Part shown: one piece after another, positions 1 to 8,171 of the stretch
Numbering within the stretch: the stretch's first letter is position 1
Layout of the letters: the number at the start of each line of letters is the position of its first letter
Assembly: GCA_023145275.1 (NCBI GenBank)
Contig: JAGLEB010000055.1
Coordinates: 1 to 46,557, forward strand
From: Flavobacteriales bacterium
GTDB lineage: Bacteria; Bacteroidota; Bacteroidia; Flavobacteriales; JADGDT01
DNA: 46,557 nt
Direction of reading: 5' to 3'
The notes under the pieces: generated by a model
The model's database searches: none
Told to the model about the DNA's origin: nothing
The model's input: only the letters and a program-made list of their open reading frames with translations
Program-made: the position numbers and the translations under genes

Positions 1-70
1 TGAACGTAGCGCTAGCGAAGAGAGTTTTTTTCCTTTAGCCAATGAGGATTAGAATTTTAGACACGTTCCA
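1..70 (+). repeat. Possible 3' fragment of the same repeat family at the window edge
   Basis: Shares AGCGAAGAGA and ...TAGACAC with the tails of copies A and B. Truncated by the window. Confidence 0.3.
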
Positions 71-433
71 TGAAGTCTTGATTGTTTTGTTTCGTTTTTT
101 GATCAAGCAAAAAATGAAAAAACAAACTAAAAATGGAATAACGTAATCAGCTGACAGTACGTTCTTTAATTTAATCGTATTTATTTATAGTATTGATTAT
201 CAGATATCGTTCTTAAGTGCGAAACTTTAGTTCTTTACATAGTCTTTTATCATCTACTTCGTTATTGAAATACTCATTTAGCCCAGATAAACTACGTTTT
301 TAATGTCTCGTATCTGAAAAAAAATACAATGCAGATATTTAAGTAGTTTTTAGAGGCACACTAAAGTAGTTTTGCCCTCGATTTTCTAACAAAAAAAAAC
401 AGACGCCCGATAATAATAATCATTAATTGATAT

Positions 434-441
434 TATATTTG
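434..441 (+). promoter_or_regulatory. Bacteroidota -7 box TAtaTTTG (idi)
   Basis: TAnnTTTG 23 nt upstream of ATG 465. Confidence 0.5.
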
Positions 442-464
442 CGCCATTCAAAAAAAAAGGGAAG

Positions 465-983
465 ATGTCTTTAGAGAAAGTTGTATTAGTAGATGAGAGT
501 GACAAAGTGCTTGGCTCGATGGAAAAAATTGAGGCACACGAGAAAGCATTGTTGCACAGAGCTTTTTCGGTCTTTGTTATTAATGCAAAAAATGAACTTA
601 TGCTTCAGCGCAGGGCTTTAGATAAATATCATTCCCCAGGATTGTGGACAAATACTTGTTGCTCACATCCAAGAGTTGATGAATCTTATGAAGATGCAGC
701 ACATAGACGTATGCACGAAGAAATGGGTTTCGACTGTGACCTAAAAGATGAGTTCTCGTTTATTTATAAGGCACCTTTCGAAAATGGACTTACAGAGCAC
801 GAACTCGATCATGTATTTGTAGGTTATAGCGAAAAAACACCAACTATAAATACTGAGGAGGTTGATAGTTGGAAATGGATCGCTATGGATGATCTAAAAG
901 CTGATATAATAGAAAACCCTGAGAACTATACTGCTTGGTTTAAAATAATTTTCGAAAAGTTCTCAGAATACTTCAAGTCATAA
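465..983 (+). CDS. idi: Isopentenyl-diphosphate delta-isomerase, type 1 (Nudix fold)
   Basis: 172 aa. Contains HRAFSVF...LQRRA..K...PGLWTNTCCSHP and the EHE acidic motif typical of type 1 IDI. A TAtaTTTG box lies 23 nt upstream. Confidence 0.9.
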   Translation: MSLEKVVLVDESDKVLGSMEKIEAHEKALLHRAFSVFVINAKNELMLQRRALDKYHSPGLWTNTCCSHPRVDESYEDAAHRRMHEEMGFDCDLKDEFSFIYKAPFENGLTEHELDHVFVGYSEKTPTINTEEVDSWKWIAMDDLKADIIENPENYTAWFKIIFEKFSEYFKS

Positions 984-1103
984 TCTTTATAATGAGTCAA
1001 CTTTTTTTTAGCTAGTGGCTATAAGGTAGTTTAATAAGAGGTACTAATTTAGTACAGCTTTTATGACAATACCGTTTAGTTAAGGAATAATTGCAAAATA
1101 AAA

Positions 1104-1157
1104 AATCGTACATCAATCCTTTAATACCCGTCGACAGGCAAGGTTTGATGTACGATT
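1104..1157. terminator. 13-bp inverted repeat between convergent idi and the cytochrome b gene (bidirectional terminator candidate)
   Basis: AATCGTACATCAA (1104-1116) pairs with TTGATGTACGATT (1145-1157). A-run upstream, AT-rich downstream. The 28-nt loop is large. Confidence 0.45.
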
Positions 1158-1172
1158 AATTTATATTAGCTT

Positions 1173-2141
1173 TTAAGTTGTAGTATCAATATCTAGCATA
1201 AAGCCTTCTAATCCAATAATCTTATCGTCTTCATGAATTGGGTTTATTGATAGAACATGGCTTTTTATTTCACCATCGAAACATTTTCTTTTAGTTGTTA
1301 TACCACTAAAGCTTTCACCATTAAGAGCTCTATCTATATATTCTTTTACTCGGTCGGAATCTTCCGTATTTCTACAAGTAGAATAATGCTTCCCAAGAAT
1401 ATTAGATTTTTCCTTACACTTGTACATATCTAGCCAAGCTTGATTTACGTCTAAATAGTTTCCACATTTGCTAATTCTATAGTAGCCAGCGCCAGAATCT
1501 TCGATTGTGTGAATCATGCTATCCTTTCTAACTTCATCGTCATCAACATCTATTACTTCCCAACCAGTTAACATAGCTTGTATGCTCTCGGTAGGTTTGT
1601 CTCCAGTTGTAGTTAAGTAAACGTGAGCTATTACGAATGCCATCAATACAAAAGCACCAAATGTATGCACCAGAGCAGTGAACTCTAATCCTTGAGTATG
1701 CCATACGCTACCAGGATATAAATAATACAAGAATGCAAATCCAGTAAAAACCTGTACAGGAATCACTAATATTTTCAGACCTAGATAAATCATCCTCTGT
1801 AAAGGGTTGAATTTATTGTAGATAGTTTTATGAGTAGGGTGGGGAGAACCTTTAAAAATTCCGAATATGTAATAATTTATTTGTGCACCAATAAGCTTAG
1901 TTGTTGGTATGTACTGTTTCCACTCACCAGTTACAAAGTGCCAAAATACGGCAAAAACTATTAATACAAAAAATGCCCAACCTGCAATGTTATGCCATTC
2001 TACAGCATCTTTAAAACCAAGGATTCCGAATGAGTAATGTACTTCGAATCCTGTAAGCGCAAGAAAGAAAATTAGTAATGCCTGACTCCAATGCCAGAAC
2101 CTTTCAAAACTTCTATATATATATGTATTCTTTTTCATCAT
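1173..2141 (-). CDS. Di-heme cytochrome b (PF01292-like, 4 TM) fused to a C-terminal cytoplasmic PAS-like domain
   Basis: N-terminal RFWHWSQALLIFFLALTG plus three more TM helices. An HTFGAFVLMAFVIAH pair has His residues 14 apart. The C-terminal ~115 aa (GYYRISKCGNYLDVNQAWLDMY...IIGLEGFMLDI) reads as a PAS fold. The gene starts 16 nt downstream of the octaheme cytochrome gene on the same strand. Confidence 0.75.
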   Translation of the reverse strand: MMKKNTYIYRSFERFWHWSQALLIFFLALTGFEVHYSFGILGFKDAVEWHNIAGWAFFVLIVFAVFWHFVTGEWKQYIPTTKLIGAQINYYIFGIFKGSPHPTHKTIYNKFNPLQRMIYLGLKILVIPVQVFTGFAFLYYLYPGSVWHTQGLEFTALVHTFGAFVLMAFVIAHVYLTTTGDKPTESIQAMLTGWEVIDVDDDEVRKDSMIHTIEDSGAGYYRISKCGNYLDVNQAWLDMYKCKEKSNILGKHYSTCRNTEDSDRVKEYIDRALNGESFSGITTKRKCFDGEIKSHVLSINPIHEDDKIIGLEGFMLDIDTTT

Positions 2142-2156
2142 ATTTTTTTTTAGACA

Positions 2157-3773
2157 CTAAACTTCTTCCGATTTCTTTCCTTTAAATATTCTAATACTAG
2201 CATGAATACTGACTCCAATTAAAGCGCCAATAATCATAGCAATACCAATCCAGTCTAACAGAGAATTTGAATCTCTCCCCGTCATGTAGAATCCGTCAAG
2301 ATTTTTTAATCTACCATTTGGTGAGTGGCATTCTCTGCACGATAAGGCTTCAGAACTTTTTGAAACCATGTGATTTATTGGCCAATACATTTCTGTTTCC
2401 AAGAATGAATATTTTCCGCTATAAGGAATATTTAGACTCTCCATACCTGTTCGAGAGGCTTTATCCCAATCAAAGTTTTTCCAATAAGATGTACTGTCTT
2501 TTCCAAAAAGATGAGGGACAATTAAGGTTTCATTAACAGGATCAAATATCTGTTTACCTCTGTGAACTTTAACAGGGATAATTTTTGATTTTGGATCGTG
2601 ATAATCACCAAATAAAGTGTTTAGTTGAAGAACTTTTGTAGAGTCAACCTTATCTCCCAACATGTAATGCTTAGCTTTTCCATTAGACCAAACATATTCT
2701 GGAGACACATTTTTGGCCCATTCAAATGCTCCCTTTTTCGTATGGTAGGTCATATTACCCATACTATCTTTTATAACTATTTCGCTTCCATCAGGATTGA
2801 ACTTACCTGCTTGGCTCCAATCCCAATTCATTTTTGTAGCATTTACTTTTGCATATGTTGGGATGTGACACGTTTGACAGGCAATCTTATTTGCATGGAG
2901 ATTTAAATGATCATTTTCGTGAGGATCTTCTGAGTGGCATTGAGAGCACATTACTCTTTGAGAATCTTCAGAGGAAACAGAGTATAATTGACCCGAGATT
3001 TTGTGATGTTCAGTAACGTGACAAGCTGTACAAGTCATGTCTTTTCCATCAACAGCCATATGTACATCTACTTCCTTTGTGATGTTGTTTAATTCATTTG
3101 CAATATCGCCGTGCTTAACGTTGTTTCCACCGCCCCCCGTAAAATGGCATGCTCCACAATTCTCTTTTTTTGATAAACCTATATTCTGTGCTATATAAGT
3201 ATAGTCAGGTGGAAGAAAAGTTTTACTTCCAAATTTTTTCTTTTCTGTGATTGGCATACCAGCTCCTGCAGGAGCTTTTTTATAAGTTCCAGTTTGATCA
3301 TGACATACAATACAATCAATATTCTCGCTCTTCTTGAAATCGAATTTATCGTCTTTCCAACCAAAACCGATATGACAACTAGTGCATCTAGGTTCATTTG
3401 AAGATGTGCCAATACAGAAGTTGTTAATTATATTTTTCTTACCAATTTCTACAGTGTCACCTTTTTCATTAAGCGTTTTTCGAGACCAATTCCAGTGAGA
3501 AGTCATCATAATGTCATGGTCTGCACGGTTATGACAGCTCAAACATGCTATTGTAACATCTTGAGGCCTTTTAAACTCCTGTTTTAGAACATCAAATTCG
3601 GAGTGATCTACTTTCTGTATAGTATCAATTTTGTAGTTTATCTCTTTAAAATGTTCCACTTTGCTGTATTCTCCTTTATCGGAATCGTTAAGCATTAAGG
3701 TTGCAATTATCCAAGGTAAGAAGATAGCTATAAAAGTAAATAATACTTTAAAAAAGCTCTTTTTTGTATTCAT
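2157..3773 (-). CDS. Octaheme c-type cytochrome, tetrathionate-reductase (OTR)-like family, membrane anchored
   Basis: I count eight CXXCH motifs: CLSCH, CTSCH, CIVCH, CGACH, CTACH, CSQCH, CQTCH, CRECH. There is an N-terminal signal anchor. The HSEF..L...F..P.DVT.ACLSCH...HWNW start resembles OTR. A C-terminal TM helix is also present. Confidence 0.85.
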   Translation of the reverse strand: MNTKKSFFKVLFTFIAIFLPWIIATLMLNDSDKGEYSKVEHFKEINYKIDTIQKVDHSEFDVLKQEFKRPQDVTIACLSCHNRADHDIMMTSHWNWSRKTLNEKGDTVEIGKKNIINNFCIGTSSNEPRCTSCHIGFGWKDDKFDFKKSENIDCIVCHDQTGTYKKAPAGAGMPITEKKKFGSKTFLPPDYTYIAQNIGLSKKENCGACHFTGGGGNNVKHGDIANELNNITKEVDVHMAVDGKDMTCTACHVTEHHKISGQLYSVSSEDSQRVMCSQCHSEDPHENDHLNLHANKIACQTCHIPTYAKVNATKMNWDWSQAGKFNPDGSEIVIKDSMGNMTYHTKKGAFEWAKNVSPEYVWSNGKAKHYMLGDKVDSTKVLQLNTLFGDYHDPKSKIIPVKVHRGKQIFDPVNETLIVPHLFGKDSTSYWKNFDWDKASRTGMESLNIPYSGKYSFLETEMYWPINHMVSKSSEALSCRECHSPNGRLKNLDGFYMTGRDSNSLLDWIGIAMIIGALIGVSIHASIRIFKGKKSEEV

Positions 3774-3841
3774 TTAGAGTATGATTATGGTGATTGTTAG
3801 TCTAAAATTTTATTAATTTAATAATCAGTAATAATATACTT

Positions 3842-3849
3842 CAAAAGTA
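3842..3849 (-). promoter_or_regulatory. -7 box TActTTTG on the minus strand (octaheme cytochrome operon)
   Basis: The + strand reads CAAAagTA, 68 nt upstream of start 3773. Confidence 0.45.
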
Positions 3850-3903
3850 TTAATATGTGTCTTCTCATGTTAAAAATGTGTAGTGATGTTGCTTATTATA
3901 GAT

Positions 3904-3919
3904 TGTGACATTTATCACA
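3904..3919. promoter_or_regulatory. Perfect CRP/FNR-type palindrome TGTGA-CATTTA-TCACA
   Basis: Read directly from the divergent intergenic region between the octaheme cytochrome operon and the fnr-like gene. Confidence 0.7.
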
Positions 3920-3927
3920 TAACTAGC

Positions 3928-3943
3928 TGTGATATTTGTCACA
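3928..3943. promoter_or_regulatory. Second perfect CRP/FNR-type palindrome TGTGA-TATTTG-TCACA
   Basis: Its centre lies 24 bp from the first box, in the same intergenic region. Confidence 0.7.
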
Positions 3944-3994
3944 GTTAGTTGTTATTTAAATTGTGAGGAGTAATAATATTTGAATAATTAGTGA

Positions 3995-4002
3995 TACTTT
4001 TG
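3995..4002 (+). promoter_or_regulatory. -7 box TActTTTG (fnr-like gene)
   Basis: 21 nt upstream of ATG 4024. Confidence 0.5.
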
Positions 4003-4023
4003 CATGTGTAATTTATACTCTCT

Positions 4024-4722
4024 ATGAAAAATATAGTTAATCACAATAATAACTGCATAAGCTGTACAGAGAAATCTTGTGCGAGCAAAGTTCTTAGTGT
4101 CGAACATCTTGATGTGCTCGGGAGTAGTTGTACAACCTTAGAGATTGCTAAAGGCGAAACTATATTGCATGAAGGTACACTAACCTCGCATGTAATATAC
4201 TTAAGGAGTGGTCTAATAAAGGAGACAATGAAAGGTATAGATGGTAAAGAACAAATATTTAGAATAATAAAAGATAAAACTTACTTAGGTCTTTCTTCAA
4301 TATTTGGTGATAAGGTGAATCATTTCTCATATAAAGCATTGAGTAATTTATCTGTTTGTCATATTGAAATAGATACATTCAATAAGTTGATGCTTGACAA
4401 TTCCGAATTCACTTATAAAATTATGTCGAGCATGTGTAAAGATAATCTACATAATTATGATAAATTATTAAAGCAAGCACAAAAGAAGATATTTGGGAGG
4501 TTAGCTGATATTATACTGTATTTTTCGGAAGATATTTTTCAGAGCACAAAATTTACTATGCCATTAACTCAGCAAGAGATAGCTAATTTTATTGGTACAT
4601 CTAGAGAAAGTGCGGCTAGGGGGCTTTCGAACTTTAGACAAAATAAAATCATATCTCTTGAGAGTTCTAATATTGAAATACTCGACATAGATGCATTAAT
4701 CCAAGTGAGTAGAACAGGCTAA
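4024..4722 (+). CDS. Crp/Fnr-family transcription regulator, FNR-type Cys cluster
   Basis: cNMP-binding-like beta-roll plus a C-terminal HTH (QQEIANFIGTSRESAARGL). Carries N-terminal C11-x2-C14-x4-C19 and C112 in the context VCHIEIDTF, compared with E. coli FNR VCEIPFETL. Confidence 0.85.
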   Translation: MKNIVNHNNNCISCTEKSCASKVLSVEHLDVLGSSCTTLEIAKGETILHEGTLTSHVIYLRSGLIKETMKGIDGKEQIFRIIKDKTYLGLSSIFGDKVNHFSYKALSNLSVCHIEIDTFNKLMLDNSEFTYKIMSSMCKDNLHNYDKLLKQAQKKIFGRLADIILYFSEDIFQSTKFTMPLTQQEIANFIGTSRESAARGLSNFRQNKIISLESSNIEILDIDALIQVSRTG

Positions 4723-4741
4723 TGCTTAATTTTGGAGTAAT

Positions 4742-5032
4742 TTAATATTCGTAATCAACAACAGCTCTTCCTGTAGCTCTAGCTTTTATTTTCTTACCAA
4801 CCTTCATGTGTTCCGGATGTTTCTGATAGATGTCTAAAGCTTCCTTATCCTCAAAATTAGCTATAAGAGATAAATCGGGCATGCTCTCATCTTCGATATA
4901 GCTAATGCCTATTTCCATAGATTTTAATTCGTCTATAGATTCTACAAGGTTTTCTAACTCAAGTTTAACTTCTTTCATGAAGTTCATCTTGTCCTGGCCA
5001 CTTAACTTAAATAGAACTATGTGCTTAATCAT
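4742..5032 (-). CDS. Dabb (stress-responsive alpha/beta-barrel) family protein
   Basis: 96 aa. MIKHIVLFKL start and a HP.H....K central motif typical of Dabb domains. Confidence 0.8.
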   Translation of the reverse strand: MIKHIVLFKLSGQDKMNFMKEVKLELENLVESIDELKSMEIGISYIEDESMPDLSLIANFEDKEALDIYQKHPEHMKVGKKIKARATGRAVVDYEY

Positions 5033-5112
5033 AAATAGTGTTTTTTTATGTTGTTAAATAAAAGATAATTATATCTTTATCCCATAACCAAATCTTACAA
5101 TTTGATTTTCGA

Positions 5113-5490
5113 ATGTCGAAATTAATTAGTTTTATAATATTAACAAGTTATTTTCTGGTAATTAGTTTCCAGAGTATGCCGGTGTTTGAATATTTAGCTA
5201 ATTATAAGTACATAAGTGAAGAATTATGCGAAAATAAAGACAAACCAGAATTAGAATGTAATGGTAAGTGTTACCTTATTAAGCAAACTAGAGCACAGTC
5301 TGAAGATAAAGAAGAGAAAGAAGCTATTATTTCTGAAAGATTAGGCTTAGAATATTTTGCATTCGATAACTTTTCATTCTCAATAATGAATGATTTTGAG
5401 CTTTTTGCTAATAGTTTCTTTCCTTATCATGAAAGGGATTATCTAGTATTCAATGAATTTCCAACACCTCCTCCAAAAAATATCGTTTAA
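5113..5490 (+). CDS. Hypothetical small membrane-anchored protein with a C-x9-C-x3-C motif
   Basis: 125 aa. N-terminal hydrophobic helix, then LCENKDKPELECNGKCYL. I recognise no family. Confidence 0.5.
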   Translation: MSKLISFIILTSYFLVISFQSMPVFEYLANYKYISEELCENKDKPELECNGKCYLIKQTRAQSEDKEEKEAIISERLGLEYFAFDNFSFSIMNDFELFANSFFPYHERDYLVFNEFPTPPPKNIV

Positions 5491-5626
5491 GCTTACTAAG
5501 TTCACAATGAATAATAGTAGTTTGATGATTTTTCTTTTGGAATTTATTGTAGATAGACCTGTGTTAATGGGCTACCTATAATTTATTCTTAAATTATTCA
5601 CATCAAATATTTTCTGTAAAGCATAA

Positions 5627-5644
5627 TAGTTTTGTATTGATTTG
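5627..5644 (+). promoter_or_regulatory. -7 box TAgtTTTG fused to TATTGATTTG (TonB receptor promoter/operator candidate)
   Basis: The 14-mer TTTGTATTGATTTG is identical to 8037-8050. TATTGATTTG repeats again at 5655-5664. Confidence 0.45.
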
Positions 5645-5896
5645 CTATGTGTTTTATTGATTTGTTCTAGGAGAGCACGCAACGCTAACCTTCTGCTATT
5701 ATTCATTCCAATATTTTGGGATAACTAGATTATTAACTTCAGTTATTACTATAAATAAATCTCATTTGATACTTGCATGATTGATTGTTCTCTCTCTATT
5801 GAACGAATTATTATTTCGTGTAAACACCAATCTTGCTTAGGTAGCTTGGTCAGGGAGATTAAAAACACACACAAATAATAAACAGATTAAACCGGC

Positions 5897-7924
5897 ATGA
5901 AACAAAAATACTTTTCTGCTCTTGTCTTACTTATAGCTGGAGCATATTATGGGACCAATTCATACGCACAAGAAGTAAGTGTGTTAGATGAAATTGTTCT
6001 TACAGATAATAAAAAGGCATCACCATTGCAATTGAGTATAATAAACAATAACCTGTCAAAAAGAAAGAATCACGATGCTGGGAGTTTGTTTTATGGAATT
6101 CCAGGTTTCGGTATTGATAAAAAGGGTGGCTATGCTATGGATCCTGTTTTTAGAGGGTTTAAAAATGAACAGCTAAATATTCAGTTTGATGGAGGTACTA
6201 CCGTAGCTCCAGCCTGCCCTAATAGAATGGATCCCGTAACTACACATATTACGCCAGAGGAAGTTGAAAAAATAGAGATTATTAAAGGACCATATTCTGT
6301 TAGATTTGGGTCTTCACTCGGAGGGGTTATTAATCTTGTGACTAAAATACCTGAGTTCAACCCTAATAAGATTTATAGGGGATCAATAGAAGGTGGCTAT
6401 GAAGCAAATGGATCTAGTTGGTTTTCGGGTGTAAAGGCTAGTGTAGTTAAAGAAAAATGGTTTTTTCAGGCTGATGGTGCTATAAAAAGATTTGGAAATT
6501 ACGAAAGTGGAAACGGACAAGAGATAATAGCATCATTTAATACAAATGACTATGCGCTAAAGGCAGGGTATAAAATTGATCCTACTCAGCAAATTAGAGT
6601 TTCTTTTAGGCAGTCATTTGGAAGAGATATCATGCATCCTGGTTTGCCAATGGATACTGATATTGATAATAGCACTGTATCTACAATAGATTATGATAAT
6701 AGGCTCGGAGATGGATTTTTTAGAAATGTAAAGGCGAAAATGTACTACGCGGATGTAGAGCATGTAATGTCTAATGATGGTCGGCCTTCAGTAAAAAAGA
6801 TGGGGCTTGCTACATCAACTACCTATTCTCAAACCCTTGGTGGAAAACTTGAGATGGAAATGGGGTTAGATGATGATAATTTGTTTTATTTAGGAATGGA
6901 CCTTAGGAATATTTCTAATCAAGGAGAAACTGTTAAGGTGAAGAATGACGTAGAGGTTGGGCGAAAACAAGTTTGGCAAGATTCTTATGTAAATGATTAT
7001 GGCTTATTTGCGCAGTACAATCTGCATGTAAATGATAAATTTTCAGTACAAACGGGAGTAAGAATGGACTATATACAGTCTGACACAAAAGATCCTGATC
7101 CAAAATTTGAACATGGCAACCTTCCTGAAGGCGTGCATCCAGATGACGAAGTAAATTTCTCTGCTAATATTTCTGGAGCTTATTGGTTTAGTAATGTTTG
7201 GAATACAAAACTATCTATAGGTAGAGGAGTTCAGACTGCTAGTATACAGAAGAGGTATGTAAATACTTTACCTGTAGGAAGAGATGCATTTTACTATATT
7301 GGAAATCCAATGTTGAATGCAGAGGTAAACAACCAAATTGACTTAAGTTTTAATAGGGTTGATGATAATTGGTGGTTTGGATTGAATGGATATTATTCTA
7401 TTGTAGAGAATTATATCAATTCTGAAATAGTAAAAAAGCCACAGCCCGGAATCCCTGGAGTAAAGAAATTTATTAATATTGACGAAGCAAATATTTATGG
7501 TTTTGAGGCTAGCTTTGGTTTTCAGATTGTTGAGTTTTTAAAATTAGATGTTTCTGGCTTCTATACTCATGCACAAAATATAGATTTAGACGAGCCTTTA
7601 GCCGAAATCCCTCCTATGGAGGCTAATGTCTCATTAATGTATGACAATCAGAAATGGTATGCTAAAGTTAATCAGCGTCTTGTTGATGAGCAAGATAGAG
7701 TAGCCGTAAGTGTTTCTGAAACTACATCGCCAGGATTTGGAGTAATGGATGTTTTTGGAGGATACGAAATAAATAAGCATATAAGACTTGATGCTTCTGT
7801 TACTAATGTTTTCAATCTAAATTATTATGATCACCTTAATAGACCATACAAGAATATGGATTCGCAAAGCGAGTATTATAATATGGGAAGAAACTTTATG
7901 ATTAGCGCAAAGCTTAGTCTTTAA
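5897..7924 (+). CDS. TonB-dependent outer-membrane receptor, OprC/NosA (copper)-like
   Basis: Signal peptide ending SYAQE. Plug domain (IEIIKGPYSVRFG) and a C-terminal beta-barrel ending ...ISAKLSL. A CPNRM (CxxxM) motif sits in the plug region. Confidence 0.85.
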   Translation: MKQKYFSALVLLIAGAYYGTNSYAQEVSVLDEIVLTDNKKASPLQLSIINNNLSKRKNHDAGSLFYGIPGFGIDKKGGYAMDPVFRGFKNEQLNIQFDGGTTVAPACPNRMDPVTTHITPEEVEKIEIIKGPYSVRFGSSLGGVINLVTKIPEFNPNKIYRGSIEGGYEANGSSWFSGVKASVVKEKWFFQADGAIKRFGNYESGNGQEIIASFNTNDYALKAGYKIDPTQQIRVSFRQSFGRDIMHPGLPMDTDIDNSTVSTIDYDNRLGDGFFRNVKAKMYYADVEHVMSNDGRPSVKKMGLATSTTYSQTLGGKLEMEMGLDDDNLFYLGMDLRNISNQGETVKVKNDVEVGRKQVWQDSYVNDYGLFAQYNLHVNDKFSVQTGVRMDYIQSDTKDPDPKFEHGNLPEGVHPDDEVNFSANISGAYWFSNVWNTKLSIGRGVQTASIQKRYVNTLPVGRDAFYYIGNPMLNAEVNNQIDLSFNRVDDNWWFGLNGYYSIVENYINSEIVKKPQPGIPGVKKFINIDEANIYGFEASFGFQIVEFLKLDVSGFYTHAQNIDLDEPLAEIPPMEANVSLMYDNQKWYAKVNQRLVDEQDRVAVSVSETTSPGFGVMDVFGGYEINKHIRLDASVTNVFNLNYYDHLNRPYKNMDSQSEYYNMGRNFMISAKLSL

Positions 7925-8032
7925 AAAGTTGGAAACATGATTTAGAATATTTTTTTAGTTGAATTTTATTATGATTTATTTCCACTAAAGTGTATAAATT
8001 TGTAATGTATTAACCTTGTATTAGGAATAATA

Positions 8033-8050
8033 TATCTTTGTATTGATTTG
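8033..8050 (+). promoter_or_regulatory. -7 box TAtcTTTG fused to TATTGATTTG (second copy of the shared promoter/operator string)
   Basis: Same 18-nt architecture as 5627-5644. Followed by the palindrome TGACAT-GATA-ATGTCA at 8049-8064. Confidence 0.4.
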
Positions 8051-8115
8051 ACATGATAATGTCATAATAAGTATTCCGGGGCAAATCGCAAACTTGTCTC
8101 GGATTCTTTTTTTTT
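8046..8115 (+). ncRNA. Candidate ~70 nt small RNA (promoter-to-terminator unit)
   Basis: Bounded by the -7 box at 8033-8040 and the T9 terminator at 8073-8115. Holds two hairpins and no ORF. Purely structural inference. Confidence 0.3.
8073..8115 (+). terminator. Rho-independent terminator (TonB receptor gene and/or candidate sRNA)
   Basis: Stem CCGGGGCAA / TTGTCTCGG (9 bp including 2 G-U pairs), followed by a T9 run at 8107-8115. Confidence 0.6.
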
Positions 8116-8141
8116 ACGGGCTTTCAAGTGTAAAATTGTTT

Positions 8142-8149
8142 TATATTTG
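8142..8149 (+). promoter_or_regulatory. -7 box TAtaTTTG (LamG-EEP gene)
   Basis: 22 nt upstream of ATG 8172. Confidence 0.5.
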
Positions 8150-8171
8150 CGGCCTTTAAAAACGTGATAAT

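Noticed and set aside
2267-3412. ORFs 2267..2536(+), 2625..2906(+) and 3191..3412(-) inside or opposite the octaheme cytochrome gene.
   Set aside because: They are shadow ORFs fully embedded in a well-supported CDS. Their translations are low-complexity with no recognisable motifs.
5491-5896. A riboswitch (cobalamin, TPP or other) in the long leader of the TonB receptor, and an FMN riboswitch upstream of ribH.
   Set aside because: I could not find the conserved core sequences of these riboswitch classes. ribH directly follows the TPR gene with only a 2-nt gap. I cannot exclude an unknown element without a covariance-model scan.
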